A stretch of 58,337 nucleotides of DNA, filler included, from Sanchytrium tribonematis (Eukaryota): assembly GCA_018985235.1 (NCBI GenBank). It is 5 parts of 5 records of this genome, joined end to end, with 100 filler letters (N's around TTAATTAATTAA, not from the genome) between each part and the next. Parts side by side here need not be neighbours in the genome. Positions count along the whole stretch, not along the records: positions 1 to 11,672 come from JADGIG010000254.1; positions 11,773 to 23,425 come from JADGIG010000255.1; 3 more parts are not named here. The stretch is one strand, 5' to 3'. This document shows positions 11,142 through 21,903 of the stretch, piece after piece; the first letter of the stretch is position 1, and every line of letters begins with the position of its first letter. Below the pieces are notes generated by a model, which had not been told where the DNA came from, made no database searches, and saw only the letters and a list, made by a program, of their open reading frames with translations. The position numbers and the translations under genes are program-made.

Positions 11142-11672
11142 TCAATATTTATTCAAAGGTATTTGTAAAGCAGCTTGTATAAAGTGAATAAATGAATCTA
11201 TATCAGTGAATATTTGGTAGAATATCTCGGTTTTTGAGAGGATATTTGGGTTTAGAGTAAATGGAATCTTTTGATTTTTATAATAATACTCAAATCCGAT
11301 TTTATACTCTTTTAAATAATTTAAAACCTCTAAATTGTGAATATAAACGGACTGGACATTGTTAATTTTGCACTTATATTTCACTAAACACAAATCCAAC
11401 CACGTGCAGTCAAATACTTGTCCGTTTGGGTCAAATTCATTGCCATTCGTTTGTAAATATGATCCAATATCACTGGCTTCCATTGGCATTACCGTATTAT
11501 TGACTGCAGATTCGTATGGCTTTAAAACACCACAAACGTGATCAATTAAATTATAAGGGATATTGAAGCTATTAAGCGCATTTGCTACTGATTGACATTC
11601 TACTAATATCTTGAATTTCAGTTTTGAATGAATAAATGAGGATGTGTCGCAAATAATTGGAAGCAAAATTTG
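11142..11672 (-). CDS. Hypothetical protein, 5' end cut by the contig end
   Basis: Frame is open from the linker to the stop at 11142; no family recognised. Confidence 0.5.
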   Translation of the reverse strand, partial: QILLPIICDTSSFIHSKLKFKILVECQSVANALNSFNIPYNLIDHVCGVLKPYESAVNNTVMPMEASDIGSYLQTNGNEFDPNGQVFDCTWLDLCLVKYKCKINNVQSVYIHNLEVLNYLKEYKIGFEYYYKNQKIPFTLNPNILSKTEIFYQIFTDIDSFIHFIQAALQIPLNKY

Positions 11673-11772
11673 NNNNNNNNNNNNNNNNNNNNNNNNNNNN
11701 NNNNNNNNNNNNNNNNTTAATTAATTAANNNNNNNNNNNNNNNNNNNNNNNNNNNNNNNNNNNNNNNNNNNN
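11673..11772. other. Artificial contig-joining linker N44-TTAATTAATTAA-N44
   Basis: Exactly 100 nt, six-frame stop spacer, identical in four places. Confidence 0.98.
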
Positions 11773-11774
11773 AA

Positions 11775-12770
11775 ATTACAGGACAAGTTCCACTTATTCC
11801 AACTGGATGGTCTTCATTTGATACTCTGGATGTTAGTTTCAATTTACTTTCTGGCCCTTTGCCTTCATTGCCTTCTAATTTAAAGTATTTAGACGTGTCA
11901 ATGAATCAATTGAATGGATCTATGCCTGTTTTACCATCTACATTGACTTATTTCAATGTGTCTCATGATTTATTCACAGGCAATTTAATAATTCCCGCGA
12001 ATGTTGCCACTGTGGATGTCAGTTATAATGGATTTAATGGCACATTAAATGTGACTGGTGCTACGACTTATTTAGATGCATCCAACAATCAGTTTTCATT
12101 TGTACATGTTCAAAATGCAAATCAATTGACATTTTGCAATTTAACAAATAATCCCAAACTCGGAGGAGATTTCTCAAATTTGAATACGTGTATTTTACCA
12201 AGTATTGATACTAAGACTGTGGTACAGCTGATGACTTTAACTTCTGCACAATCCAGTCTAACAAAATTGAATAATGGACCGACCATTTTCGTACAGTCCA
12301 CAAATCCATTCCAATCCACTAAAGAATTTACTAGTACTCCATTCAGCTCATCATCTTCTTTGTTGAGCTCACAATCAGAAAATTCTATTTCAAACGTGTT
12401 TACTGTATTAGATGAAAGCACCCAATTGTCATATTTAAGTAAAATAGAATTTGATTCATCACCACCCGCAGAAACAAAATCAGTTTTAACTAGAAACATA
12501 ATTAAAACAACTCAACTATTCACCAAATTACAAGCCACAAAATCCATTTCAAACTTGTTTTCAGTTGTTTCTATTTCCAAAAATGTCTCAACTTCCTTCT
12601 CCTTAACTCAAGTCACCCCGAGTACATCCACATTAACTTTTTCAAGTATCGCTGTACTTATTAGAGTACTTGTCAATATTTTATTCTTATTTGCTGTTTT
12701 TGAAAGAATCCCAAGACATCAATTTAGAAAAAGTAAAACCGCAAAGAATGGCCAATTGATAAGTGAATAA
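11775..12770 (+). CDS. LRR receptor-like protein A (5' truncated): LRRs, Cys cap, Ser/Thr stalk, single TM, short basic tail
   Basis: Frame open from the contig start (ITGQVPLIPTGWSSFDTLDVSFNLLSGPLP...); plant-type LxxLDVSxNxLxGxxP repeats; TM AVLIRVLVNILFLFAVF. Confidence 0.85.
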   Translation: MTGQVPLIPTGWSSFDTLDVSFNLLSGPLPSLPSNLKYLDVSMNQLNGSMPVLPSTLTYFNVSHDLFTGNLIIPANVATVDVSYNGFNGTLNVTGATTYLDASNNQFSFVHVQNANQLTFCNLTNNPKLGGDFSNLNTCILPSIDTKTVVQLMTLTSAQSSLTKLNNGPTIFVQSTNPFQSTKEFTSTPFSSSSSLLSSQSENSISNVFTVLDESTQLSYLSKIEFDSSPPAETKSVLTRNIIKTTQLFTKLQATKSISNLFSVVSISKNVSTSFSLTQVTPSTSTLTFSSIAVLIRVLVNILFLFAVFERIPRHQFRKSKTAKNGQLISE

Positions 12771-12851
12771 ATAACCTATTTATGTTTATTGTTTAAATAA
12801 ATCAATTCAAAATTAAAATGTCACATTCAAAAAGCCACCTGGTAAAACGCG

Positions 12852-14768
12852 ATGTTACTTTTAAATTTGATTTTTGGAACTTTGACAACAGAATGCAGTG
12901 CAGTGGATACTATCGCGGGATTGGTAGGGTATTCAGGTATCAACTGCTGTTCTTTAGCAGGAATTACATGTACTATTGCTGGAACTGCGCTCTTTTCTAT
13001 GAATTTTACAAATATGGGTTAACAGGGTCATTTCCGACTACTTTACCAACTGGATTAGCATCACTGACATATATAGATGTCAGTCACAATCAAATTACGA
13101 GTTCTTTACCCTCTGCGATTCCGAGTGGATGGTCGTCATTTGTGTTTTTAGATGTCAGTTTCAATAAATTGACAGGTGGGCTCCCTACTTCAGGACCAAG
13201 TAGTTTTACCACAATTCATGCAAATAAGAATTTATTATCTGGAGCACTGTCAATTTCATTGATAGCATTTACAAATATCTCCATTTCAAACAACTTTTTC
13301 ATTGGCTCGTTGCCAACCATGACTAAAGTCGTGCGACTGTATGCTGCCAACAATCGATTTACTGGGTCATTTCCAAGTACGGCTGCCATTCAAATCGTAG
13401 ATGTGACCAATAACTCATTCAGTGGCATTCCCGTGCTTCCATCCACTTGCCTCGAATTTCATGGGGGTTTCAACGCATTCACAGATATTAATTCTGCAGC
13501 TGCCACGTCACTCAGTTTTGTTAATGTTACTAGAAATGCGATTTCATTGATATCACAGTTGCCCAATTCTGTTAGAACAATAGATGTCTCGTATAACGTA
13601 TTGCTCAAATTATTTTTGTTGCCACTTTCCATCAACACATTTATTGCCAATAACAACGCAATGACGGGTCAAATGTTAGCCTATATTCTGAGTATTTATT
13701 CAAATATGGCGCATGTCGATATATCCAATAATTTATTGAGTGGTTCATTTCCTATTTTCATCAAAAGTCTGGTTTACATGGATTTCTCATTCATTTTCTG
13801 GTAATCTTTCTGCTTTGTCACCCATTTTAAAGTATTTAGACGTGTCAATGAATCAATTGAATGGATCTATGCCTGTTTTACCATCTACATTGACTTATTT
13901 TAATGCGTCTCATGATTTATTCACAGGCAATTTAACAATTCCCGCGAATATTGCCACTGTGGATGTCAGTTTCAATACATTCAATGGCACATTAAATGTG
14001 ACTGGTGCTACGACATATTTAGATGCATCCAACAATCAATTTACATCTATTTCCATCAAATATCCAAATCAATATCCAAATCAATTGACATTTTGTAATC
14101 TGACAAATAATCCCAAACTCGGGGCATCTCAGTCAAATTTGAATGCGTGTATTTTCAATACCAGTCAACCTTTGGTAAATCCATTGGTTACTAGCATCCC
14201 AAACAATGCAGGAATGATTAATTTCATAAGTACTATATCCAATGCGGGAACCCAATCTATCCAAATTATTTCAAAATATTCCTCGACTGGTGATTTTACT
14301 GCATCTACATCCATACTTGACAATCCAACAACCATGTTCCAGTCAGCTCCAACATCTTCCACATCTTTCACATCCCAATCCACCAGTATTCTCCATGATT
14401 TACTCTCAAATTCAACAAACACTTCCCAATTTTATCAAATCCCTCAATCTCTACAACCCGATTCCATCCAACCAATAGATAAATCAATATTAACAAGAAT
14501 CATCCATAAATCCACTATTTCACCCATTTCATTCCAAAATTCAACCAAATTACTCTCTCACTCTCAAACTACATCCACTTATATTTCATCCACAATACCC
14601 ATTAAATTAGCTCATTTATCACCCAACACATCCCATTATATAGTCAATATTTCCCATTATTTCAGAATATTTGTCAATTTCATATTATTCATATTTGTAA
14701 TTCACAAGACACCCAAAAACTATTTTAAAAGAAAAAAGGAAGCTACCAGTCATTTTTATGAGAATTAA
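12852..14768 (+). pseudogene. LRR receptor-like protein B with two frameshifts
   Basis: Start MLLLNLIFGTL at 12852 matches the paralogue at 41246. One T is missing near 13020 (GGTTAACA vs paralogue GGTTTAACA); a second shift near 13790 fits a 5-nt loss in D-F-S-[F-N]-S-F-S-G. Neither break has a frame-restoring GT-AG. Confidence 0.8.
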
Positions 14769-14780
14769 TCAATAAAATAT

Positions 14781-15563
14781 TTATTCAATTTCAGGCAAAC
14801 ATCTAAATTCCAATGATTCTCTTGGTGTTTCGTCCTCATTAATCTTAATACCTGCATGTGCTACTTTTGATGATTCGAATAACAAGACATCTCCAGCTAC
14901 CAATTTGTAATAATATGCGTCATAATCTCCGCCATTCAAACTCACAAAACCATTAAAATCTGTTTCAAGCTTTCCTTTAGGGTCTAAAATAAACGCCAAT
15001 GGATAATTTTTAGCATCATTTAATTTAATCCAGACATTGAACCACTGTTGATCTCTCAACTTTTCCCAGTATTTTATTTTTTGAGTACAATCATTGAAAC
15101 CATATCTTGGAAATGGATGTTTATATGGTCGCGTACCTTTATCCAAGTGAAACAATGTAGATGGTCCATGCCCAATAAATCTATACAATGCATCTACACA
15201 CTTGACTTTTAGATTAAACTGCTTTAAATACAGATCCTCTGCCATTTCGTACAACACCAAATTTGTTTGTTCCGTCAATCTATTAACATCATAAGTAGTA
15301 CCGTCATCTCCATTTTTCGTTTCCATGGTCGCCTTTAGATTCTGTTTTACTGCATCTAATATAGAGTTTAATATTTTAAGTTTAGTCACACCATGTCTAT
15401 TAAAATCAAGTGAATTATCAGGACATTCACGTAATTGTAGACAATACTCCTCAGGGTCTCTCCCATCATACTTATGGTTAACTGGAAAGGGTTGATCACA
15501 TTTTGAATTTGCTTCATCAATGGCATCGTTGCCAAATACAAATAATGCAAATGGAATCATCAT
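14781..15563 (-). CDS. CmcJ/NvfI/AsaB-like Fe(II)/2-oxoglutarate-type oxygenase with short hydrophobic N-terminus
   Basis: FHLD (HxD), FNVWIKL...YPLAF, YYY...GDVLLF, AHAG and PRESLEFRCL match the family pattern NVWRPL/PLA/WYY/H/PRESIEVR. Confidence 0.65.
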   Translation of the reverse strand: MMIPFALFVFGNDAIDEANSKCDQPFPVNHKYDGRDPEEYCLQLRECPDNSLDFNRHGVTKLKILNSILDAVKQNLKATMETKNGDDGTTYDVNRLTEQTNLVLYEMAEDLYLKQFNLKVKCVDALYRFIGHGPSTLFHLDKGTRPYKHPFPRYGFNDCTQKIKYWEKLRDQQWFNVWIKLNDAKNYPLAFILDPKGKLETDFNGFVSLNGGDYDAYYYKLVAGDVLLFESSKVAHAGIKINEDETPRESLEFRCLPEIE

Positions 15564-16007
15564 TGTCTTTTTTGGGAGAGTTCTCTGTGAAATAGATTTC
15601 AAGGGGTCATTGTAATATTAATAAGCCAATCATTCTTTTGTACTCACCCCGTGTCATTATGGGGTCAACAACGATGCCTTTTTGACATACTCGGAGATGT
15701 GATTAAAATTGTTATGTTAATTTTTACAAAATACAATTTACCACGAATGGATTGATTCATATAAACACAGATGTTTGCATGTTCTGTAAACCCACTTGCA
15801 TTTCTGAGAGAGGTAAACTAATTCCCAAATCAAAACATAAAAAGACAACAGTCCCTATTCAAAAATAATTTACACATCTCTCATTAGCGCATTTGCAACA
15901 AAACATTGATTTAAAAAAGAATTCATAACAAAAATTGAGTAGAGATTGAAATAAATCGGCTCTAAAAACCATGTCATTTTAATTTTAAAAATTACCCACT
16001 AAACGCG

Positions 16008-17951
16008 ATGCTCGTCATTTCTTTAGTTTATTCGACCATTGCTTCTGAATGCACTGCATTGGGATCTTTAGCAACTAGTCTAGGTGTATCAGGATACGAT
16101 ATTCCAACATGCTGCACTTTAAAAGGGATTTCGTGTAATATTGGTAATACGTCTATTACAAGCATCCAATTCAGTAGAATGGGCCTTAATGGATCATTTC
16201 CAGGGGCATTCCCATCTAATCTACCTTCTTTAACCACCCTCAATGTCAGTCATAATTTGATTTATGGATTTATACCAAATACGATTCCATCATATTGGGC
16301 CGTGTTTACAAGTTTAGATGTGAGTTATAATCGATTATCAGGTCCATTGCCCTACAATGTCCCGATTTCCATGTCGGTATTACTCGCAAATGACAATTTA
16401 TTGAGTGGAATGATCATTTCTTTAGATTGTAAAACAACCAATGTAGCCAACAATCATTTTAGCGGACAGTTACCACCCATGTCCAATGTTATCAAGTTTT
16501 ATGGTGCGAATAACTTTTTTAGTGGATCATTGCCAGCCATCACAAATGTTCAAATATTGGATGTGAGAAATAATCAGTTGGTTGGTTCTATCGGAATTAA
16601 CAATTTGAATATGCAAATAGATGTATCCATGAATCGATTGACTGGAATCTCTTTTATCAGTCCAAATGGCGCATATCAACTGAATTCATTGAATGTTTCA
16701 AAAAACATGATTTCAAATATGGCTTTGGTGCCAAATAACGTCAAAATTTTAGATGTATCGTATAATTTATTGACCAAAGTATTTACATTGCCAGGAAATA
16801 TCACCACATTTATTGCCAATAATAATGTATTTTCTGGTAGTTTGATTTCTACCGTATTCTTGTCTTTAAAATCAATCAATTATTTGGATGTATCTAACAA
16901 TCTATTCAATGGGTCATTTCCGAATATCCCATCCACCATCACGTATTTGGATATCTCTAATAATTCCTTTTCTGGTGATTTCCCAGTGCTTCCACTCAAT
17001 TTACAATATTTAGATGTTTCTACAAATCTATTGAGAGGGTTGCCCAAATTGCCATCCACATTGACTTATTTGAATGCGTCTCATGATTTGTTGAGTGGAT
17101 CTATTGAAATATTATCCAATGTTGCCACTGTAGATGTCAGTTTTAACGGATTTAATAGAATATTAAATGTGACTGTTGCTACAACTTATTTAGATGCATC
17201 TAATAATCAGTTTACGTCTATTTTCGTTAAAAATGCAACTCAATTGACATTTTGTAATTTAACAAATAATCCCAAACTCGGAGGAGATTTCTCAAATTTG
17301 AATGCGTGTATTTTCAATACCAGTCAACCATTACTGAATATGATCAGTACGAAAACAACCGTGACTGGTTCAGTTCAATTCAACTTTATCACATCCTCTA
17401 TTCAAATTGCCATTTCTTCCACGACTCAAATATCTGTCAAATCTGTCAAATTTACAGCCACCAACACATTCACAACTTCAACAGTGACTAGTCTATTATA
17501 TAAAATGTCAAGTACCAATACCATTGCTATTATTCCATTACAGACATCCATCATAACTGAATCATCAGATTTATCTACAAATCAATTCATCTCAGAAATC
17601 ATCTCAGAAATCAACTCAGAAATCAACCCATCTGCCATTTTACAAGATATCAAAATCATTAAAACAAGAATCATTTATAAAACATCCATTCCCATGGCCA
17701 TACCATCCAATCTATTTCAATCTACCCCATTTACCACTAAATTAACAAATTCAAGTGTATTCACTATTTCCACAATTCCCATCAAACCAAGTCAATTCAT
17801 TCCCAACCTCTCCCAATCCTCATTCAATGCATTTATGATTATTAAAATGGCATGTGATGTGATTTTATTACTGGTGATTTTAAAGAAAGTACCCAAACAT
17901 TTATTGATGAAAAAGAAAGTAGCGAGTAGTAAATTTGATACTTGGAAATAA
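16008..17951 (+). CDS. LRR receptor-like protein C (intact): signal peptide, Cys cap, LRRs, Ser/Thr stalk, TM
   Basis: MLVISLVYST signal; C..CC..C cap; repeated LDVSxNxLxG; C-terminal hydrophobic helix followed by basic residues. Confidence 0.9.
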   Translation: MLVISLVYSTIASECTALGSLATSLGVSGYDIPTCCTLKGISCNIGNTSITSIQFSRMGLNGSFPGAFPSNLPSLTTLNVSHNLIYGFIPNTIPSYWAVFTSLDVSYNRLSGPLPYNVPISMSVLLANDNLLSGMIISLDCKTTNVANNHFSGQLPPMSNVIKFYGANNFFSGSLPAITNVQILDVRNNQLVGSIGINNLNMQIDVSMNRLTGISFISPNGAYQLNSLNVSKNMISNMALVPNNVKILDVSYNLLTKVFTLPGNITTFIANNNVFSGSLISTVFLSLKSINYLDVSNNLFNGSFPNIPSTITYLDISNNSFSGDFPVLPLNLQYLDVSTNLLRGLPKLPSTLTYLNASHDLLSGSIEILSNVATVDVSFNGFNRILNVTVATTYLDASNNQFTSIFVKNATQLTFCNLTNNPKLGGDFSNLNACIFNTSQPLLNMISTKTTVTGSVQFNFITSSIQIAISSTTQISVKSVKFTATNTFTTSTVTSLLYKMSSTNTIAIIPLQTSIITESSDLSTNQFISEIISEINSEINPSAILQDIKIIKTRIIYKTSIPMAIPSNLFQSTPFTTKLTNSSVFTISTIPIKPSQFIPNLSQSSFNAFMIIKMACDVILLLVILKKVPKHLLMKKKVASSKFDTWK

Positions 17952-17953
17952 AT
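17905..17953 (+). repeat. 49-bp direct repeat copy 1 (3' end of LRR gene C)
   Basis: TGATGAAAAAGAAAGTAGCGAGTAGTAAATTTGATACTTGGAAATAAAT; 47/49 identical to 20545-20593. Confidence 0.9.
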
Positions 17954-17979
17954 AAACTTCACTCTTAAATTATATTTCA

Positions 17980-20425
17980 TTAAAATTTACTTACATTTGT
18001 ATCATAAAATGATCTAGATTGCTTGGTCCTTAGATTGCGCTCGTGTTTGATTAAATACGGCAATCCAGCAATCAAAATAGAATTGACAACCAATTTCACG
18101 ATGGATAGAATACTAAAGTTGAGAAATGCATTCAATTTGTAGTTTGGTTTGATATATAGATTGGCCATCGTGGTTTGGACCAATTTGGTTGAAGATTGAT
18201 CAATTATTGTTGAGGTTGCCTCTATCAAAATCTTTGAGCTAGTGGCCTTTAAAAATACTCTTCTGGTTAAAATAGACTCTAAATAAATGAGATTTACGCT
18301 GTAACTCAAAATCATTAGAAGTTGAAGAAATCACTTGTTTCAAAAAAGAATCTGACGCATTTACACAAATTCCCAAATCTGTCCTGTTTAAAATTGGATT
18401 CTTGGTGATATCACAGTACTTTAAAGTATTTGGTGCTGCAATATATACGTTTGAGATTAAATTATTGTATAAATACAAGTATTTGTCAGAACTTAATTCC
18501 AAAAATGCAATTTCACCACTAATCTGGTTAGAATCCACCTGGTCGGGCATTCCCAATAACAATTGCAACATATTGGGTGGTAGTATAGGTAAGACGGCAT
18601 TGATTTTGTTGCTTTGTAAATATAATCTGACTAAACTAGACGGAAATGGACCAGTCATATTTGTAAATTGATTAAATGACAAATCTAAAACTTCCACACC
18701 CTCTGGAATCAATGGAATCGTGCCACTCAATAAATTATTATTTAGATAAACGTGAGTAAGGACGCCAAAACCGGGTAATTCGCCACTCAATACATTATTT
18801 TGTACATAAAAATAGTCAGCTTTTGGTGGGATATATTTTAAACTATCAAATTGATTGTAATCAACGCTATAGCAAGAAGCATTTGGCGCCTCTGGTAATG
18901 TTCCATTGAATTGGTTTCCATCTAATACGATCGTATCTGCGTTTTCAAATTTCTCTTTGATTGGACCACTAAATTGATTGTAAAAAACCACTAGATAGAA
19001 CAATTTTGAAAAGTCCGGGAGTGCACCAATGATTCTATTATATGCAAGTCCAAGAATAACTAAATTGGGCGGGGTTTGGCCAGTAATTTTCACAAAGTTA
19101 TTATCAACCAAAGAAACAACAGTGATACCTTTTGGCAATAAATCCAGATTTAATGTAATTAAAGGACCAAATTGATTCAAATAATCCCAATCAATGCGAT
19201 CAACAATCCCTTGTTTACAATTAACATTTGTCATTAGACAACAATCTTGATTCAATAATTGATAGTAATTTGGCAGTGTGACATCCAGCTGCATTGATTT
19301 TGCAAATATAGCAAGTTGTTCACACCCATATTCCCTATTTGGAGATAAATTTGACTGGCAATTAATTGGTAAAACCGAGAAATTTGAAATTGGATTATTT
19401 TCAAAATTGCAAAAATTACCAGAACCACCAACTAAACATGCAGAACCAATTATATTTACACTTGAAATATTATTGTAAGTCGCATTCAACGCGCAATTGC
19501 TACTATAAATGCTAATTTCACCATAAAAATGATTATTTGAAATGTCCAAATTTTGAACACTTTCAGCGGACAACCAATTGGACATATTGCCCGTCAAACT
19601 GTTGTGACTGATAGTCAATTCTAATATATTGGTGACATCAGGTTCAAATAACCCACTTAGTTTGTTGTGGTCTAAATGCAAAAAATTTAAATTGGGCACC
19701 AAATATGGAATCATTCCAGTCAGTAAATTATGGCTAGCAGAGAAATATGTTAGACTACCAGGGAAGTTTGTAATATTACCACTCAACAGATTGTAGTCCA
19801 ATCGGATGGATTCTGCATTTGGAATCACTCCAATTGGCCCATAAAATTGATTATGCGCAAATGACCCCCTGATGAATGTTGCTGGTAATTTATTAGTCAA
19901 TGTACCATTCAATTGATTCATTTGACAGTATAATTCAGTGGTAGTATTCATCCTTGGTAAACCTCCGATAAATTTGTTATTTGAAACATCAATAAATGTT
20001 CCATAAAAATCAAAATCCAAATACCCGCTCAATTGATTCCTAGAAATAGCCAAATAATTTAAACTAGATGGAATAGTGGTATTAAGACTACCAGTTAATC
20101 TGTTACCGGTAATATCAAAAAACGACAAAGGTAATTTGAAGTTCAAATGTCCCGTCAAATCATTATAACTCAGAATCAAACCAAGCAATTTAGATGGAAT
20201 GACTAAATCTGTCACATCACCATTTAATCCTATCCGACTCCAATTAATATCCAAAACGTTTTCATTTGAACACGAAATATAGGTGATTTCCCAGCTTAAA
20301 CAACAATCTATTTTGATATTCGCGTACAAATGTGGTGCTGAACGATCTAGACCTAATTTTTGGGCCATTTGGATGACGATTTGACAATCTGAAATGACTC
20401 CGAAAATATAATAGAATAGAATCAT
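17980..20425 (-). CDS. LRR receptor-like protein D: two capped LRR modules, one 19-nt intron, C-terminal TM
   Basis: Start MILFYYIFGVISDC at 20425; caps DCQ...DCC...C and GCE...DCC...C. Splicing 18279-18297 joins track ORFs 18239-20503 and 17980-18315 (ELQ-QSILTRR) and restores the TM. Confidence 0.85.
18279..18297 (-). other. 19-nt spliceosomal intron GTAAATCTCATTTATTTAG
   Basis: GT-AG, phase 1; removal restores the frame to the family motif SILTR and the TM anchor. Confidence 0.8.
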
Positions 20426-20544
20426 TTTTCTAGAATCAAGCCACGTTGTTTCAAAACTTTTGAGATTTATAATATCTAAAATTTTTGACAGGATATCTTG
20501 CATCTATTGTGAATTACAAAAATGAGTAGCATTGCTATTTACCC

Positions 20545-20593
20545 TGATGAAAAAGAGAGTAGCGAGTAGCAAATTTGATACTTGGAAATAAAT
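20545..20593 (+). repeat. 49-bp direct repeat copy 2
   Basis: Matches 17905-17953 with 2 mismatches; the pair brackets LRR gene D. Confidence 0.9.
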
Positions 20594-20994
20594 TGTTTTG
20601 CAGCAAGCATATTTGAAATGTATGACACAAGGTGATTCCGACTGCACAACAGCAGAAAGACAAACTCAATTGAATCATAAAGAACTGCAAGAATTCAAAG
20701 AGAGAACACTTAACAATCAATTAAATCAACTTATTCAACAAATCAAAGAACCAAAAGCAAACCAATTTGACTAAAAAGGCAAACCCAAGGCACTTAACAC
20801 GCGTATTTATCGCAAAATTCTACCCCTACGACGACAATGACAAGTTGTTAGAGAGTACTGATCAATTTAGAGACGCTATGCTGTTAATTTGCAACTATTA
20901 CATTGATATTGAAAATGACAAAACTCAAAAGAGAATTAAAGCGCAACAGAAAGAGAGCAAAGATCAGGTGGGGGATCAGCTGTCCAACTCATAC

Positions 20995-21765
20995 CAGCGA
21001 GTCTATAAATTATTACAACTCTAAAATTTTAGTCATTTTACTTTCCCCCTTTATATTTTGTACTTTTTGAGAGCTTTTTGGCAAAATTTTGATCAAGCAT
21101 CGCACACATTTTTTAGCAAAAAGTAAAACAAATAGAGGGAAGGGACTGACTAAAAAGTGATCCTTTACAATGAAATAAATAATTTTTATGACAACCCGCA
21201 TCAATTCTGCTTCACTCGACGATGTCACAAAAGATATTGTGTTTCCCTTAGCGCCCCTACCTGCATTTCTTCCAGTCAAGCGACCATATAGTGAGGAAGA
21301 GAAAGAAAATCAACCCAAAGTTACTCCCAAAACTAAGAAATCCAAAAAACAGGACAAACCAAGAAAATCTGGGACCCAGATGAAGAGCGACTTCTCTCTA
21401 CATCCGTTTGCTACTGAAGGTGGTTAATTGAAGAAAGCAAAAAGTCATTCTGACAAGGTCAAATTTGAAAATTATCTTGTTCAAAAATTCAAATGCAGCA
21501 AATTTGAGCAAGTTAAGGGTAAAATTCGCCTTATTTACAACAAATACAAGGCAGAACGTGTTTAAAAGTCTGGATTAATGAAAGATCTGATTGGGAATTA
21601 TTTGAATTGTGTGCGGAGGTATTTGAAGAAAACGTTATTTGGAAACCAAGTTTGCTTTTGATGGAGGTAAATTGAACCATTTGGCAGATGATGGAATGAC
21701 ACAAGTTCAAAAGGCAAAGATATATTAATTTAGATGTCCAATCAATTGCCAGATGGAGACTTGCA
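20995..21765 (+). mobile_element. Truncated, degenerate copy of the left arm of the Harbinger element (TIR plus Myb/SANT-like gene)
   Basis: High nucleotide similarity to 41603-42436, starting exactly at CAGCGAGTCTATAAATT; has a frameshift and stops. Confidence 0.88.
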
Positions 21766-21903
21766 CGTCTTTGGAAGAAGCACTTGATGAAAACAAAACC
21801 CCAAATCGTACGTAAAATGGAAATGAATAATTTTCGAACATTCACTTTCATTTTGGGTCACCGATTCATTGAATTAACATCATAAAATCTATTTCTCCCA
21901 TTC

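Noticed and set aside
11717..11728. TTAATTAATTAA palindrome as a biological site
   Set aside because: Centred in identical N-padded 100-nt blocks; it is a synthetic six-frame stop linker.
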